DNA of 64,000 nt from Candidatus Omnitrophota bacterium (lineage in GTDB: Bacteria; Omnitrophota; Gorgyraeia; Gygaellales; Profunditerraquicolaceae): NCBI GenBank assembly GCA_022710715.1, contig JAKLGJ010000004.1, positions 128,166-192,165 on the forward strand. The letters run 5' to 3'. The position numbers and the translations under genes were made by a program. Of the stretch, positions 48,897 to 58,199 are shown piece by piece (within the stretch, counting starts at the first letter, position 1; each line of letters opens with the position of its first letter). A model generated the notes under the pieces. That model worked only from the letters and a program-made list of their open reading frames with translations, had not been told where the DNA came from and did not search any database.

Positions 48897-50588
48897 ATGC
48901 CTAGCCACAAGATTGTCCGCATCCCTTCGCCAGACCTCGCCCGCCAGGATCTGCTGCATCAAGCTCTGGGTATTTCCCGCTTATGCGCTCAAGTATTGAT
49001 CAATCGCGGAATAAGCGATTCCGATGAAGGCCGGCGTTTCCTCACGGCCGCTCCCGCATATTTTTCCGACCCGTTTTCCTTCACCGAGATGCCCGTGGCC
49101 GTCAAGCTTATCAAAAAAGCCATCCAGCTCAACGCGCCCATTCTGGTCCACGGCGATTATGACGTGGACGGGATCACTTCTTTATGCCTGGTTAAAACCA
49201 CTCTGGAACGGATGGGCGCCCGGGTCGAGCATTATATCCCGCATCGCATTCGCGAAGGGTACGGTTTGAATAAGAATATCGTCAGCGTGGTTAAAGAGCG
49301 GGGAGTCAAGCTGGTCATTACCGTGGACTGCGGTACGAACAGCGAAGCCCAGATCCAGGCCCTGCGCAATGAAAATATCGAGGTGGTGATCACCGATCAT
49401 CATGAGCCCGGCAAGAAAGCGCATGTTTCGTCCGCTTCGGCGGTGATCAATCCCAAGATCGAAGGCTCGGGTTTCGCCTTCCGGGAGCTGGCCGGGGTCG
49501 GCGTGGCCTATAAGTTGTGCCAGGCATTGACCGGCTCGTCGCTGGAAGACGACCTGGACCTGGTTTGTCTGGGGACCATCGCCGACGCCGTTCCGTTGAT
49601 CGGCGAAAATCGCATTATCGCCAAGCAGGGATTGCTGCGTATTGCGGCTACCCGGCGGCTGGGGCTTAAGGTGTTGATGGAAAAAAGCCGCATTGCCGGT
49701 AAAAAACTTAAAACGGAAGCGGTGACCTTCATTCTCGCTCCGCGGATCAATGCCTGCGGCCGGCTGGATACCGCAGAGACTGCGCTGGATCTGCTTCTGG
49801 CCCGTACCGGCGAAGAAGCCGAGCTGCGCGCCGGCAAGCTGGAGGCATGCAATCGTCAGCGTCAGAAGATCGAAGGCGAGATCATGGAAGAAGCGTACGC
49901 GCTGATCAGCCGCGAGGTGCATTTTAAAGATCATACGGTAATGGTTTTGGGCAAAGAAGGATGGCATCTGGGCGTGCTGGGGGTGGTGGCTTCGAAACTG
50001 GCCGACCGGTATCATCGTCCGGTCATCCTGATCTCCATGGCGCAAGGGCTTTGCCGGGGTTCAGGACGGTCGATCAAGAATTTCCATTTATTTCAGGGTG
50101 TGGCGCAGTGCAGCGATCTTCTGGAAGGCTTTGGCGGACATCAGCATGCCGTGGGGATGACCATCCCCAGGGAGAATATCGATACTTTCAGGCATAAGAT
50201 CAATGATCATGCCCGTCAGACGCTGATGGTTGAAGATCTGCTCCCGAGCGTGGACGTCGATATGGAGCTTACTCTGAAAGAAATGCAGGAAACCTTTATC
50301 CGCGAACTGGAGCAGCTTGAACCCTTCGGTATCGGCAATCCGCGGCCTTCGTTTTATCTGCGCGCGCTGCGTTTAAAAGGCCAGCCCCGGATTTTAACCC
50401 GGGAAACGCTTAAATTCTGGGTCACTGACGGAAAACAAACTGCTCAAGCAATTGCTTTCGGTATGGCAGATATGTACGAAAGCCTTTTAGCCGCAAATAG
50501 TTTTGATCTTGTTGTACACCCGAAAATTGACAGCTGGCAGGAAATGGAATCTGTTATTCTGGAAGTGGAAGAGATATTCCTGAAATAA
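48897..50588 (+). CDS. recJ: Single-stranded-DNA-specific exonuclease RecJ
   Basis: DHH motifs ILVHGDYDVDGITS and ITDHH, with a DHHA1 domain. 563 aa. Confidence 0.9.
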   Translation: MPSHKIVRIPSPDLARQDLLHQALGISRLCAQVLINRGISDSDEGRRFLTAAPAYFSDPFSFTEMPVAVKLIKKAIQLNAPILVHGDYDVDGITSLCLVKTTLERMGARVEHYIPHRIREGYGLNKNIVSVVKERGVKLVITVDCGTNSEAQIQALRNENIEVVITDHHEPGKKAHVSSASAVINPKIEGSGFAFRELAGVGVAYKLCQALTGSSLEDDLDLVCLGTIADAVPLIGENRIIAKQGLLRIAATRRLGLKVLMEKSRIAGKKLKTEAVTFILAPRINACGRLDTAETALDLLLARTGEEAELRAGKLEACNRQRQKIEGEIMEEAYALISREVHFKDHTVMVLGKEGWHLGVLGVVASKLADRYHRPVILISMAQGLCRGSGRSIKNFHLFQGVAQCSDLLEGFGGHQHAVGMTIPRENIDTFRHKINDHARQTLMVEDLLPSVDVDMELTLKEMQETFIRELEQLEPFGIGNPRPSFYLRALRLKGQPRILTRETLKFWVTDGKQTAQAIAFGMADMYESLLAANSFDLVVHPKIDSWQEMESVILEVEEIFLK

Positions 50589-50819
50589 TCAGCGGGCTTT
50601 GACGAAGTCGCCTTTTTTGATACATTTAGTGCAGACGTATACCTGCTTGGGGTGTTTGTTGACCAGAATGCGCATTTTCTGTAAGTTGGGCAGAAACTGG
50701 CGTTTGGTCGCTCTGACGATCTTGCTTCCGGTTCCGCCTTTTTTCTTGGCCATACCTTTTCTGACTACACTTTTTCCGGTGAGCGGACCTTTTCCGCAGA
50801 GGGCGCATTTACGTAACAT
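50589..50819 (-). CDS. rpmB: 50S ribosomal protein L28
   Basis: MLRKCALCGKGPLTGKSVVRKG...KRQFLPNLQKMRIL follows the L28 pattern (C-x-x-x-G-K-x-P-x-x-G, KRxFxPNL). A TTGACA-16-TATACT promoter lies upstream on the − strand. Confidence 0.85.
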   Translation of the reverse strand: MLRKCALCGKGPLTGKSVVRKGMAKKKGGTGSKIVRATKRQFLPNLQKMRILVNKHPKQVYVCTKCIKKGDFVKAR

Positions 50820-50860
50820 GAGAAGCTCCTTTGTTTGATTGAATTTGACTTAGGTTCAAA

Positions 50861-50888
50861 GTATACCCCAAATTGCCCTTTTGTCAAG
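50861..50888 (-). promoter_or_regulatory. − strand promoter TTGACA-16-TATACT for rpmB
   Basis: The reverse complement of 50861-50888 reads ttgaca (16 nt) tatact, about 40 nt upstream of the rpmB start codon. Confidence 0.45.
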
Positions 50889-50918
50889 GAAAAAACTGCC
50901 TGGGGGGTAAAAAAAGAG

Positions 50919-50946
50919 TTGAAAAAAAGCGAAATAAAGCTATAAT
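50919..50946 (+). promoter_or_regulatory. Candidate rpsB promoter TTGAAA-16-TATAAT
   Basis: ttgaaa at 50919-50924, a 16-nt spacer and tataat at 50941-50946. A second candidate, TTGCAT-16-TATACT, lies near 50977-51004. Both sit in a 388-bp AT-rich divergent region, so promoter-like sequences are expected by chance here. Confidence 0.35.
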
Positions 50947-51207
50947 AAGAATTCCTTTGTTTATTCAAGAAAAAAGTTGCATCTTAAGAAATTTATGTTA
51001 TACTTAAAAAACTGACGTTTGGTCAAACCGGTCAGAGAGAATCGGTTTGGCCGGGTTAACCACCAATGGTTTGAGCCCAGCACGCAAGTCGCTGCGCCTC
51101 AAATAAGTGCCTGCGGTCTGCTTGGTTCTGGTTAGCACCAAGAACGTTTTAAGCAAAGGCGCTAGGCCGGTCGCCCGATCGGTCCAGAAAGAAGAAGGAG
51201 AACAGTC

Positions 51208-52095
51208 GTGCCATCAGAACTCATCAAACAGTTATTGGAATCCGGTGTCCATTTCGGGCACAAGACATCCCGCTGGAATCCCAAGATGAAGAAATTCATT
51301 TTCGGAAAACGCAGCGGCATTTACATTATCGACCTGGAAAAAACCGAAGAATGCCTGGCGCATGTCCGGGAATATCTTCTGGATATCACTTCCAAGGGCG
51401 ACAGCATCCTTTTTGTCGGCACTAAGAAACAGGCGCAGGAAGTCATTCAGCGCGAAGCGGTGCGTTGCGGCATGTACTATGTCACCGAACGCTGGCTGGG
51501 CGGTATGCTGACCAATCACGAGACGGTCAAGAAAAGCATCCGGCGTCTGAAAGAGATCGAATCGATGAAAGAATCGGGAGAGCTGCAGAAGCGTACCAAG
51601 AAAGAGATCTCCCTGATGGAGAAAGAGCTGGTTAAACTGAAGAATAATTTCGGCGGTATTGCCGCCATGGACCGGTTTCCGAAAGCGCTTTTCATCGTTG
51701 ATACCAAGAAAGAAGAAACGGCTGTGCGCGAAGCCCGCCGTCTGAACATACCGGTCATCGGCCTGCTGGATACCAACGCCGATCCGGATCTGGTCGCGTT
51801 CCCGATTCCCGGCAACGACGACGCCACCAAATCCATTGCCAGCATTGCCACCTATATCGCGGAGAGCATTATTGAAGGTCGCAAGAAATTCCTTTCCTAC
51901 CTGTCGCACGAGACGGTCGCCATGCAGGAGCAGGGGCAGGGAGAGGCTTCGCTGGTGGGAGCTGACGAAGAAGTGAAGATCAAAGAGATTGTGGAGATCA
52001 TCGAGGATACCACTAAAACTGATCCCAAGTCCGCAAAAAAGCCTTTTTCCGGCCCGGTCGGCGCGGACAAATCAAAATTAAGAAAGAAGGTGTAA
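51208..52095 (+). CDS. rpsB: 30S ribosomal protein S2
   Basis: LLESGVHFGHKTSRWNPKM...GMLTN...IFIVDT. It starts with GTG at 51208 after the RBS gaaggag and has a long 5' leader of more than 200 nt. Confidence 0.95.
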   Translation: MPSELIKQLLESGVHFGHKTSRWNPKMKKFIFGKRSGIYIIDLEKTEECLAHVREYLLDITSKGDSILFVGTKKQAQEVIQREAVRCGMYYVTERWLGGMLTNHETVKKSIRRLKEIESMKESGELQKRTKKEISLMEKELVKLKNNFGGIAAMDRFPKALFIVDTKKEETAVREARRLNIPVIGLLDTNADPDLVAFPIPGNDDATKSIASIATYIAESIIEGRKKFLSYLSHETVAMQEQGQGEASLVGADEEVKIKEIVEIIEDTTKTDPKSAKKPFSGPVGADKSKLRKKV

Positions 52096-52100
52096 GTAAC

Positions 52101-52625
52101 ATGACGGTATCGGTTGAAGCGATTAAAGAATTGAGAAATCTGACCTGCGCCAGTTTCGCTGACTGTAAAAAGATACTCGGGGAAACCAATAACGATATTC
52201 CCAAGGCAGTAGAGCTGTTGCGCAAGCGCGGGCTGGAGATCGCCGCGAAGAAGAGCGGCCGCAGCGCCAAGGAAGGCAGGGTCGAGGCGTACATTCATCA
52301 CGGCAATAAGATCGGCGTGATCCTGGAATTGAACTGTGAGAGCGATTTTGTGGCCAAGAATCCCGACTTTGCGCAATTCGCCAAGGATCTGGCGATGCAG
52401 GTTACCGCCTGCAGCCCTTCCTATATAAAGCGGGAAGACGTTCCTGAAGACATGCTCAAGCAGCTGGAAGACAAGGAGCGCTTTTTCAAGGAACAATGCC
52501 TCCTGGAACAGGTGTATGTGAAAGATCCCAGCCTGACCGTCAAGGATTATCTCGGCGCTATCGTGGCCAAGATGGGAGAGAATATCGTTATCCGCAGATT
52601 CGTGCGGTATAAGATAGGGGAATAA
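52101..52625 (+). CDS. tsf: Elongation factor Ts (short form)
   Basis: [22 protein letters not shown] (UBA-like N-terminus), [29 protein letters not shown] and [18 protein letters not shown]. rpsB-tsf-pyrH-frr synteny. Confidence 0.9.
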   Translation: MTVSVEAIKELRNLTCASFADCKKILGETNNDIPKAVELLRKRGLEIAAKKSGRSAKEGRVEAYIHHGNKIGVILELNCESDFVAKNPDFAQFAKDLAMQVTACSPSYIKREDVPEDMLKQLEDKERFFKEQCLLEQVYVKDPSLTVKDYLGAIVAKMGENIVIRRFVRYKIGE

Positions 52626-53353
52626 TGGGGCATAAGGGTTCGGTCTATAAAAGGATAGTGTTGAAATTAAGCGGCGAGGCCCTGCAGGGAAAGAAGGAAC
52701 ACGGCATCGACCAGACTGTCCTGGTTTCCATAGCCCGCCAGATCAAGGAAGTGCGCCGGATGAAGGTGGATGTGGCTCTGGTTCTGGGCGGCGGCAATAT
52801 CTTTCGCGGCCAGGAGAATACCGCTTCGCTGGGGCTGGATATGGATCGTTCGGTTGCCGATTATATGGGTATGCTGGCTACGGTGATCAACGGATTGGCC
52901 CTGCAGGATGCTCTGGAAAAGATGGGAGTTCCTACCCGGGTGATGACCGCTATCGAGATCGAGAAGATCGCCGAGCCGTATATCAAGCGCAGGGCGGTGC
53001 GGCATCTGGAAAAAGGCCGGGTGATTATTTTTGTCGCGGGGACCGGCAATCCTTATTTTACCACCGATACCGCTGCGGCATTGCGGGCAATGGAGATCAA
53101 CGCGGATGTGATTTTGAAAGCCACCAAGGTCGACGGAGTGTATTCAGCCGATCCGAAAAAAGTCCGGGGGGCGCGGCGGTTTACCGCTTTGAAATATATC
53201 GATGTCCTGAAGCGAAGCTTGAAAGTAATGGATGCGACTGCCGTCAGCCTGTGTATGGACAATAAGCTTCCCATTATCGTTTTCGACCTGACCCAGGCCG
53301 GCAATATCAAGCGGGTGGTGCAGGGCGAACTGATCGGTACGATCGTTAACTGA
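52625..53353 (+). CDS. pyrH: Uridylate (UMP) kinase
   Basis: [19 protein letters not shown] and [11 protein letters not shown]. Confidence 0.95.
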   Translation: MGHKGSVYKRIVLKLSGEALQGKKEHGIDQTVLVSIARQIKEVRRMKVDVALVLGGGNIFRGQENTASLGLDMDRSVADYMGMLATVINGLALQDALEKMGVPTRVMTAIEIEKIAEPYIKRRAVRHLEKGRVIIFVAGTGNPYFTTDTAAALRAMEINADVILKATKVDGVYSADPKKVRGARRFTALKYIDVLKRSLKVMDATAVSLCMDNKLPIIVFDLTQAGNIKRVVQGELIGTIVN

Positions 53354-53375
53354 AGATGTGCGAAGGAGGAACCCC

Positions 53376-53936
53376 ATGACCGTCAAAGAAGTATTACATA
53401 GTTCGGAAGACAAGATGAAGAAAACCATCGAGTTCGTCATGCGGAATTTCTCCGAAGTCCGTACCGGCAGGGCAAATCCCAGCATCGTTGAAGGTCTGCA
53501 TGTTGACTATTACGGTACGCCTACCATGCTCAAGCAGCTGGCGGCGATTTCCGTGCCCGATGCGCATATGCTGGTGATCCAACCCTGGGATGTTACGGCG
53601 ATCGTGGAGATAGAAAAGGCGATACTGAAATCGAACCTGGGAATCACTCCTTCGAATGACGGGAAATTGATCCGCCTGGCTGTGCCGGCGTTGTCCAAGG
53701 AAAGAAGGCAGGAGCTGGTCAAGGTCGTGCACAAGATGGCGGAAGACGGCCGGGTTTCTTTGCGGACGCTGCGCCATGAATCCAAATCGCTTCTTGAGAA
53801 GCTGGAGAAAGACAAAACGGTATCCGAGGATGACAAATTCCGCGGCATCGATGAGCTGCAGAAAATGGTCGATAAGTACTCCGCCCGGGTAGAAGAAATA
53901 CTCAAGAACAAAGAAAAAGAAATTCTGGAATTTTAA
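53376..53936 (+). CDS. frr: Ribosome recycling factor
   Basis: MTVKEVLHSSEDKMKKTIEF...RTGRANPSIVEGLHVDYYGTPT. Start is ATG 53376 within ORF 53358. Confidence 0.9.
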   Translation: MTVKEVLHSSEDKMKKTIEFVMRNFSEVRTGRANPSIVEGLHVDYYGTPTMLKQLAAISVPDAHMLVIQPWDVTAIVEIEKAILKSNLGITPSNDGKLIRLAVPALSKERRQELVKVVHKMAEDGRVSLRTLRHESKSLLEKLEKDKTVSEDDKFRGIDELQKMVDKYSARVEEILKNKEKEILEF

Positions 53937-53946
53937 ATTTGAAGTG

Positions 53947-53970
53947 CCCTTGAGTCAAGGGTATCTTTCT
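53947..53970 (+). terminator. Candidate intrinsic terminator after frr (cccttg-agt-caaggg + tatctttct)
   Basis: A 6-bp GC-containing stem with a 3-nt loop, followed by a U-rich tract, 10 nt after the frr stop. Confidence 0.45.
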
Positions 53971-53976
53971 CAATCA

Positions 53977-54049
53977 GGGCCTCTAGCTCATCTGGTAGAG
54001 CACCACCCTTTTAAGGTGGGTGTGCCGAGTTCGAGCCTCGGGAGGCTCA
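53977..54049 (+). tRNA. tRNA-Lys (anticodon TTT)
   Basis: Manual cloverleaf. Acceptor GGGCCTC/GAGGCTC, D-arm GCTC-ATCTGGTA-GAGC, anticodon stem CCACC/GGTGG with loop CTTTTAA, T-arm CCGAG-TTCGAGC-CTCGG and discriminator A. 73 nt, no encoded CCA. Confidence 0.85.
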
Positions 54050-54089
54050 TTTATTTGCATGTTGAGCCGTGAATCTCACAACACTTCAA

Positions 54090-54171
54090 GGGCGGATGGC
54101 GGAATTGGCATACGCGATAGCCTTAGGAGCTATTGGGGTAACCCTTGGAGGTTCAAATCCTCTTCCGCCCA
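54090..54171 (+). tRNA. tRNA-Leu (anticodon TAG), type II with a long variable arm
   Basis: Acceptor GGGCGGA/TCCGCCC (perfect), anticodon stem ATAGC/GCTAT with loop CTTAGGA, variable arm TGGGGTAACCCTT and T-arm GGAGG-TTCAAAT-CCTCT. 82 nt. Confidence 0.8.
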
Positions 54172-54294
54172 GATTTGAATACGCGCAGAGGATTACATTT
54201 CCTTTCCATCAGAATCGTCGTTTTTTTGCTGTGTGCCTTTCGACAGGCGGCACACCTGTAAGACAAAAGCAAGCAAGACGCGAGAAGATCTTAT

Positions 54295-54367
54295 GCGGGA
54301 GTAGCTCAGCTGGTAGAGCGCTACCTTGCCAAGGTAGTTGTCGCGGGTTCGATCCCCGTCTCCCGCT
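54295..54367 (+). tRNA. tRNA-Gly (anticodon GCC)
   Basis: Acceptor GCGGGAG/CTCCCGC (perfect), D-arm GCTC-AGCTGGTA-GAGC, anticodon stem CTACC/GGTAG with loop TTGCCAA, T-arm GCGGG-TTCGATC-CCCGT and discriminator T, followed by a T7 tract. Confidence 0.85.
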
Positions 54368-54425
54368 TTTTTTAACTATCCCCTCACGATATTTATTTTC
54401 CCTTGAATAGAAAGGAGTTCGTTGT

Positions 54426-54893
54426 ATGAAAATCATGGATTTCCTCTCAAAGAACGCAATCCTTGCGGACCTCAAGTCCACTAAGAAAGACGATGTGATC
54501 AAAGAGATGGTGGATCTGCTGATTTCCGCCGGAGAAATCGACAAGTCCACACGCGCCAAGGTCATCGATTCTCTTATGGAGCGCGAGTCTCTGGGATCGA
54601 CTGCCATCGGGCAGGGGATCGCCATTCCCCATGCCAAGACCGACAGCGTCCAGAAGCTGGTCGGCGCTTTTGCGCTTTCCAAGAAGGGCGTCGAGTTCGA
54701 TTCTCTTGACGGCGAGCCGGTCTATATCTTTTTCATGCTGCTGGCCGCGCAGGATTCGGCGGGCCCTCACCTGAAAGCGCTGGCGCGGATTTCCCGGCTT
54801 TTCAAGGATAAATATTTCCGGGACAGTTTGCGTAACAGCGTTGATGAGAAAGCCATCGTAAAGGTCATCAGCCAGGAAGACGAGAAGCTGTAA
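54426..54893 (+). CDS. ptsN: PTS EIIA(Ntr)-type nitrogen regulatory protein
   Basis: EIIA fructose/Ntr family. The phosphorylatable His is in GQGIAIPHAKTD. 155 aa. Confidence 0.85.
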   Translation: MKIMDFLSKNAILADLKSTKKDDVIKEMVDLLISAGEIDKSTRAKVIDSLMERESLGSTAIGQGIAIPHAKTDSVQKLVGAFALSKKGVEFDSLDGEPVYIFFMLLAAQDSAGPHLKALARISRLFKDKYFRDSLRNSVDEKAIVKVISQEDEKL

Positions 54894-54900
54894 CTGCCAC

Positions 54901-56139
54901 ATGATAGAGCGAGTTACGCGTATCATCAAATGGTTGTACCCGGGCATCGGGATAAAACGCTGGATGGGCTTGAGCGCGTTCGGCGTCATTCTGCTGGTGA
55001 TCGGTTCCAGCGGTCTGCAATCCCAGCAATTCCTGGTCATCCGTATCCTGGACGCGGTCATACTTCTTTCCGGACTGATCATTCTTATTCTCGGTATCAA
55101 ACGCCTGATGCGCGCTTTCATCCAGGCGGTTATCCCGTCCACCAGGGAAAACGAACTGGTGGATATTCTCTACCAGCGCAAGCAGCTTGCCCGGGGACCC
55201 AAGATCGTTGCCATCGGCGGCGGCACGGGGTTGTCGATGCTCCTGACCGGGTTGAAGGAATATACGTCGAACATTTCCGCGATCGTTACCGTGGCCGATG
55301 ACGGCGGCTCAAGCGGCCGGTTGAGACAGCAATTCGACATACTGCCGCCGGGTGATATCCGCAACTGCCTGGTCGCGCTGGCCGACGCGTCCACAATGAT
55401 GCGCGAGCTCTTTCAGTTCCGCTTTGACAGCGGTTCGGAGCTGGCCGGCCACAGCTTCGGCAATCTGTTCATCACCGTGATGACCCGCATTACCGGCGAT
55501 TTTGAAAAGGCGATCCGCGAAACCAGCAAGGTTCTCGCACTGCGCGGTCAGGTGATCCCTTCGGCGTTGAGCAATGTGGTGCTGGCGGCCAGATACCGGG
55601 ACGGTTCGGTGACGGAAGGGGAGAACAAGATCCCTCTGGCGCATAAACAGATCGAGCGCGTGTTTTTGAAACCGGAAACGCCGGAAGCTACGCCGGAAGC
55701 GGTTAAGGCTATCGACGAAGCAGACATCATTGTTCTGGGACCGGGCTCGCTGTACACCAGCATTATGCCTAACCTTTTGATCAAAGAGATACGGGACGCG
55801 TTGTACGCTACGAAAGCGATCAAAGTATACGTGTGCAACGTGATGACCCAGCCCGGAGAGACCGACGGATATCCCGCATCCCGGCATCTGAAGGCGATTC
55901 TCGAGCACAGCCATGAGCGGGTGGTGGATTACTGTATCGTGAATACCGGTTCCATCCCGCAGGAAATGCTCAACCGATACGTCCAGGAACAGGCGTTTCA
56001 GGTGGTCAATGACCGCCGCAAGATAGAGAAGATGGGGTTCCGGGTCATCGAAGACGATACGATATCGACGGATAACTTTATTCGCCATGATCCGATGAAA
56101 CTGGCGAAGATCATTCTCGGGTTTTTAGACGAAGTGTAA
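54901..56139 (+). CDS. yvcK: YvcK/UPF0052-family gluconeogenesis factor (CofD-like) with an N-terminal two-helix membrane anchor
   Basis: Core KIVAIGGGTGLSMLLTGLKEY...IVTVADDGGSSGRLR. The first ~85 aa contain two hydrophobic helices (WMGLSAFGVILLVIGSSGL and VIRILDAVILLSGLIILILGI) that cytoplasmic YvcK proteins lack. Confidence 0.85.
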   Translation: MIERVTRIIKWLYPGIGIKRWMGLSAFGVILLVIGSSGLQSQQFLVIRILDAVILLSGLIILILGIKRLMRAFIQAVIPSTRENELVDILYQRKQLARGPKIVAIGGGTGLSMLLTGLKEYTSNISAIVTVADDGGSSGRLRQQFDILPPGDIRNCLVALADASTMMRELFQFRFDSGSELAGHSFGNLFITVMTRITGDFEKAIRETSKVLALRGQVIPSALSNVVLAARYRDGSVTEGENKIPLAHKQIERVFLKPETPEATPEAVKAIDEADIIVLGPGSLYTSIMPNLLIKEIRDALYATKAIKVYVCNVMTQPGETDGYPASRHLKAILEHSHERVVDYCIVNTGSIPQEMLNRYVQEQAFQVVNDRRKIEKMGFRVIEDDTISTDNFIRHDPMKLAKIILGFLDEV

Positions 56140-56163
56140 CCGTTGCATCCACAGGAAGGACAT

Positions 56164-56430
56164 ATGCTCGCCACACGCACAGTGACGGTAAAGAACAAGC
56201 AGGGGCTGCATGCGCGCCCCGCGGCCCTCTTTGTCCAGGTGGCGAATAAATTCGACTCCAAGATCACGGTCATGCACGATGCGGAGCGGGTGAACGGTAA
56301 ATCGATCATGGGCATTCTCATGCTGGGCGCCGAGCAGGGCAGCGAGATTATCATCGAAGCCGAAGGCAAAGATGCTGAACTGGCGGTGGTCGAGCTGGAA
56401 CGGATAGTGACACAGGAAGAAGACAAATGA
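56164..56430 (+). CDS. ptsH: Phosphocarrier protein HPr
   Basis: The active-site His is in GLHARPAALFV and the regulatory Ser region is in KSIMGILMLGA. Start ATG 56164 follows the RBS aggaagga. Confidence 0.85.
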   Translation: MLATRTVTVKNKQGLHARPAALFVQVANKFDSKITVMHDAERVNGKSIMGILMLGAEQGSEIIIEAEGKDAELAVVELERIVTQEEDK

Positions 56431-58157
56431 TCACGCTTAAAGGAATAGCTGCGGCTCCGGGCATCAATATCGCGCCTGCCTATAAATTCGGCAAGGAAGA
56501 CCTGGAAATCCCCAAGGAGCAGATTCGCCAGGAAGAGATCCCTGTGCAGATCCAGCTGTTTGAGGAGGCATTGATCTCGACCCGCCGCGAGATCATCGAA
56601 CTGCAAAAACGCATTTCGACCGAAATGGGGCAGGAGGAAGCGCAGATATTCGACGCGCATTTGCTGGTCCTCGAGGACCGGATGCTCATCGAGGAAGTCA
56701 TTTCCCGTCTGAAGAAAGACCAGATCAATGTCGCGTTCATCTTTTCGGAAGTCCTGAAGAAATATATCGAGGTTTTCGCCAAGATCGAAGACGAATACCT
56801 GCGCGAGCGCATCGCCGATCTCAACGACGTGGGCAAACGCATCCTGCGCAATCTTCTGGGCAAAGAACACAAGAGCCTTAAAGATCTCAAAGAGCGGGTG
56901 GTGGTGGTGGCGCACGACCTGGCCCCGTCCGATACCGCAGCCATGCACAAGCAGATGGTCTGCGCTTTCGTCGCGGATATCGGCGGCAAAACCTCGCATA
57001 CGGCGATCATGGCGAAGTCCCTGGAGATCCCGGCGGTGGTCGGTACCGGGGAAGCGACCGTCAAGATCAAGACCGGCGACATCCTGATCGTCGACGGGAC
57101 GATGGGCATGGTCATCGTCAATCCCGACGAAGAGACGCTGCGCAATTATCAGGAAGAAGAACGCAAGCTCAAGGGCGTGGCCGAGCGTTTCCTGCAGGTC
57201 AAGGACCTGCCCGCGGTGACCCTTGACGGAAAAGAAGTCGAGATTTCCGCCAATATCGAGCTTCCCGATGAGATCCCGTCGATCAAGATACACGGCGCCC
57301 ATGGGATCGGTCTGTACCGCACCGAATTTTTCTACATGAACCGCAAAGACGCCCCCACGGAGGAAGAGCAGTTCCAGGCGTACAAAACCGTGGCCGAAGA
57401 ATTAAGCCCGTACCCGGTGATCATCAGGACGCTGGATCTGGGGGGAGATAAATTTCTTTCGCAGTTCGAGATGCCTAAAGAGATACAGCCGTTTCTGGGC
57501 TGGCGGGCTATCCGGTTCTGCCTGGCCCGGCCCGATGTTTTCAAGATGCAGCTTCGCGCGATACTGCGCGCATCCTCTTTCGGAAAGCTCAAGCTGATGT
57601 ATCCGATGATCTCCGGAGTGGAAGAATTGCGCCAGGCCAACGCCATCCTTGAGGAATGCAAGAACGAATTGCGCCAGACCCGCGTTCCCTTCGACGAAAA
57701 CATCAAAGTCGGGGTGATGATCGAGGTGCCTTCCGCGGCAATGACCGCGGATCTGCTGGCCCGGGAAGCGGATTTCTTCAGCATCGGGACCAACGACCTC
57801 ATTCAATATGCGCTGGCCGTGGATCGCACCAACGAAAAAGTGGCGTACCTCTACGAACCGGCGCATCCGGCGGTGCTGCGGATGATCAAGAATATCGTTG
57901 ATTCCGCTCATGCCAACAAGATCTGGGTGGGGATGTGCGGCGAAATGGCTTCCGACGAGATCTTTACCCTGATCCTGCTGGGACTGGGTATCGATGAAAT
58001 GAGTATGCCGTCTCTGGCTATACCGCAGATCAAGTATATTATCCGTTCCGTGACCATGGCGGAGGCCAGGACTATTGTCGAAGAAGCGATGAGCCTGTCT
58101 ACGGCCAAGGCAGTCGAGCATTTTTTACAGGAAAAGCTCAAGGCGATCCTGAAATGA
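56427..58157 (+). CDS. ptsI: Phosphoenolpyruvate-protein phosphotransferase (PTS enzyme I)
   Basis: GGKTSHTAIMAKSLEIPAVVG (phospho-His region), the PEP-utilising TIM-barrel C-terminus and a length of 576 aa. Confidence 0.9.
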   Translation: MITLKGIAAAPGINIAPAYKFGKEDLEIPKEQIRQEEIPVQIQLFEEALISTRREIIELQKRISTEMGQEEAQIFDAHLLVLEDRMLIEEVISRLKKDQINVAFIFSEVLKKYIEVFAKIEDEYLRERIADLNDVGKRILRNLLGKEHKSLKDLKERVVVVAHDLAPSDTAAMHKQMVCAFVADIGGKTSHTAIMAKSLEIPAVVGTGEATVKIKTGDILIVDGTMGMVIVNPDEETLRNYQEEERKLKGVAERFLQVKDLPAVTLDGKEVEISANIELPDEIPSIKIHGAHGIGLYRTEFFYMNRKDAPTEEEQFQAYKTVAEELSPYPVIIRTLDLGGDKFLSQFEMPKEIQPFLGWRAIRFCLARPDVFKMQLRAILRASSFGKLKLMYPMISGVEELRQANAILEECKNELRQTRVPFDENIKVGVMIEVPSAAMTADLLAREADFFSIGTNDLIQYALAVDRTNEKVAYLYEPAHPAVLRMIKNIVDSAHANKIWVGMCGEMASDEIFTLILLGLGIDEMSMPSLAIPQIKYIIRSVTMAEARTIVEEAMSLSTAKAVEHFLQEKLKAILK

Positions 58158-58199
58158 TCAGAGCAGCGGCCTTGAGTTCATAACAAAGGAGAAGGAAAA

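Noticed and set aside
53977-54049. tRNA-Lys initially read as having a TTA (ochre-suppressor) anticodon.
   Set aside because: That was a mis-registration of the anticodon loop. With the 5-bp stem CCACC/GGTGG the loop is CTTTTAA and the anticodon is TTT, which is ordinary tRNA-Lys.
54069-54682. ORFs 54069..54410 (+) and 54209..54682 (−) spanning the tRNA cluster.
   Set aside because: They cover three clear tRNA cloverleafs and the start of ptsN, so they are spurious.
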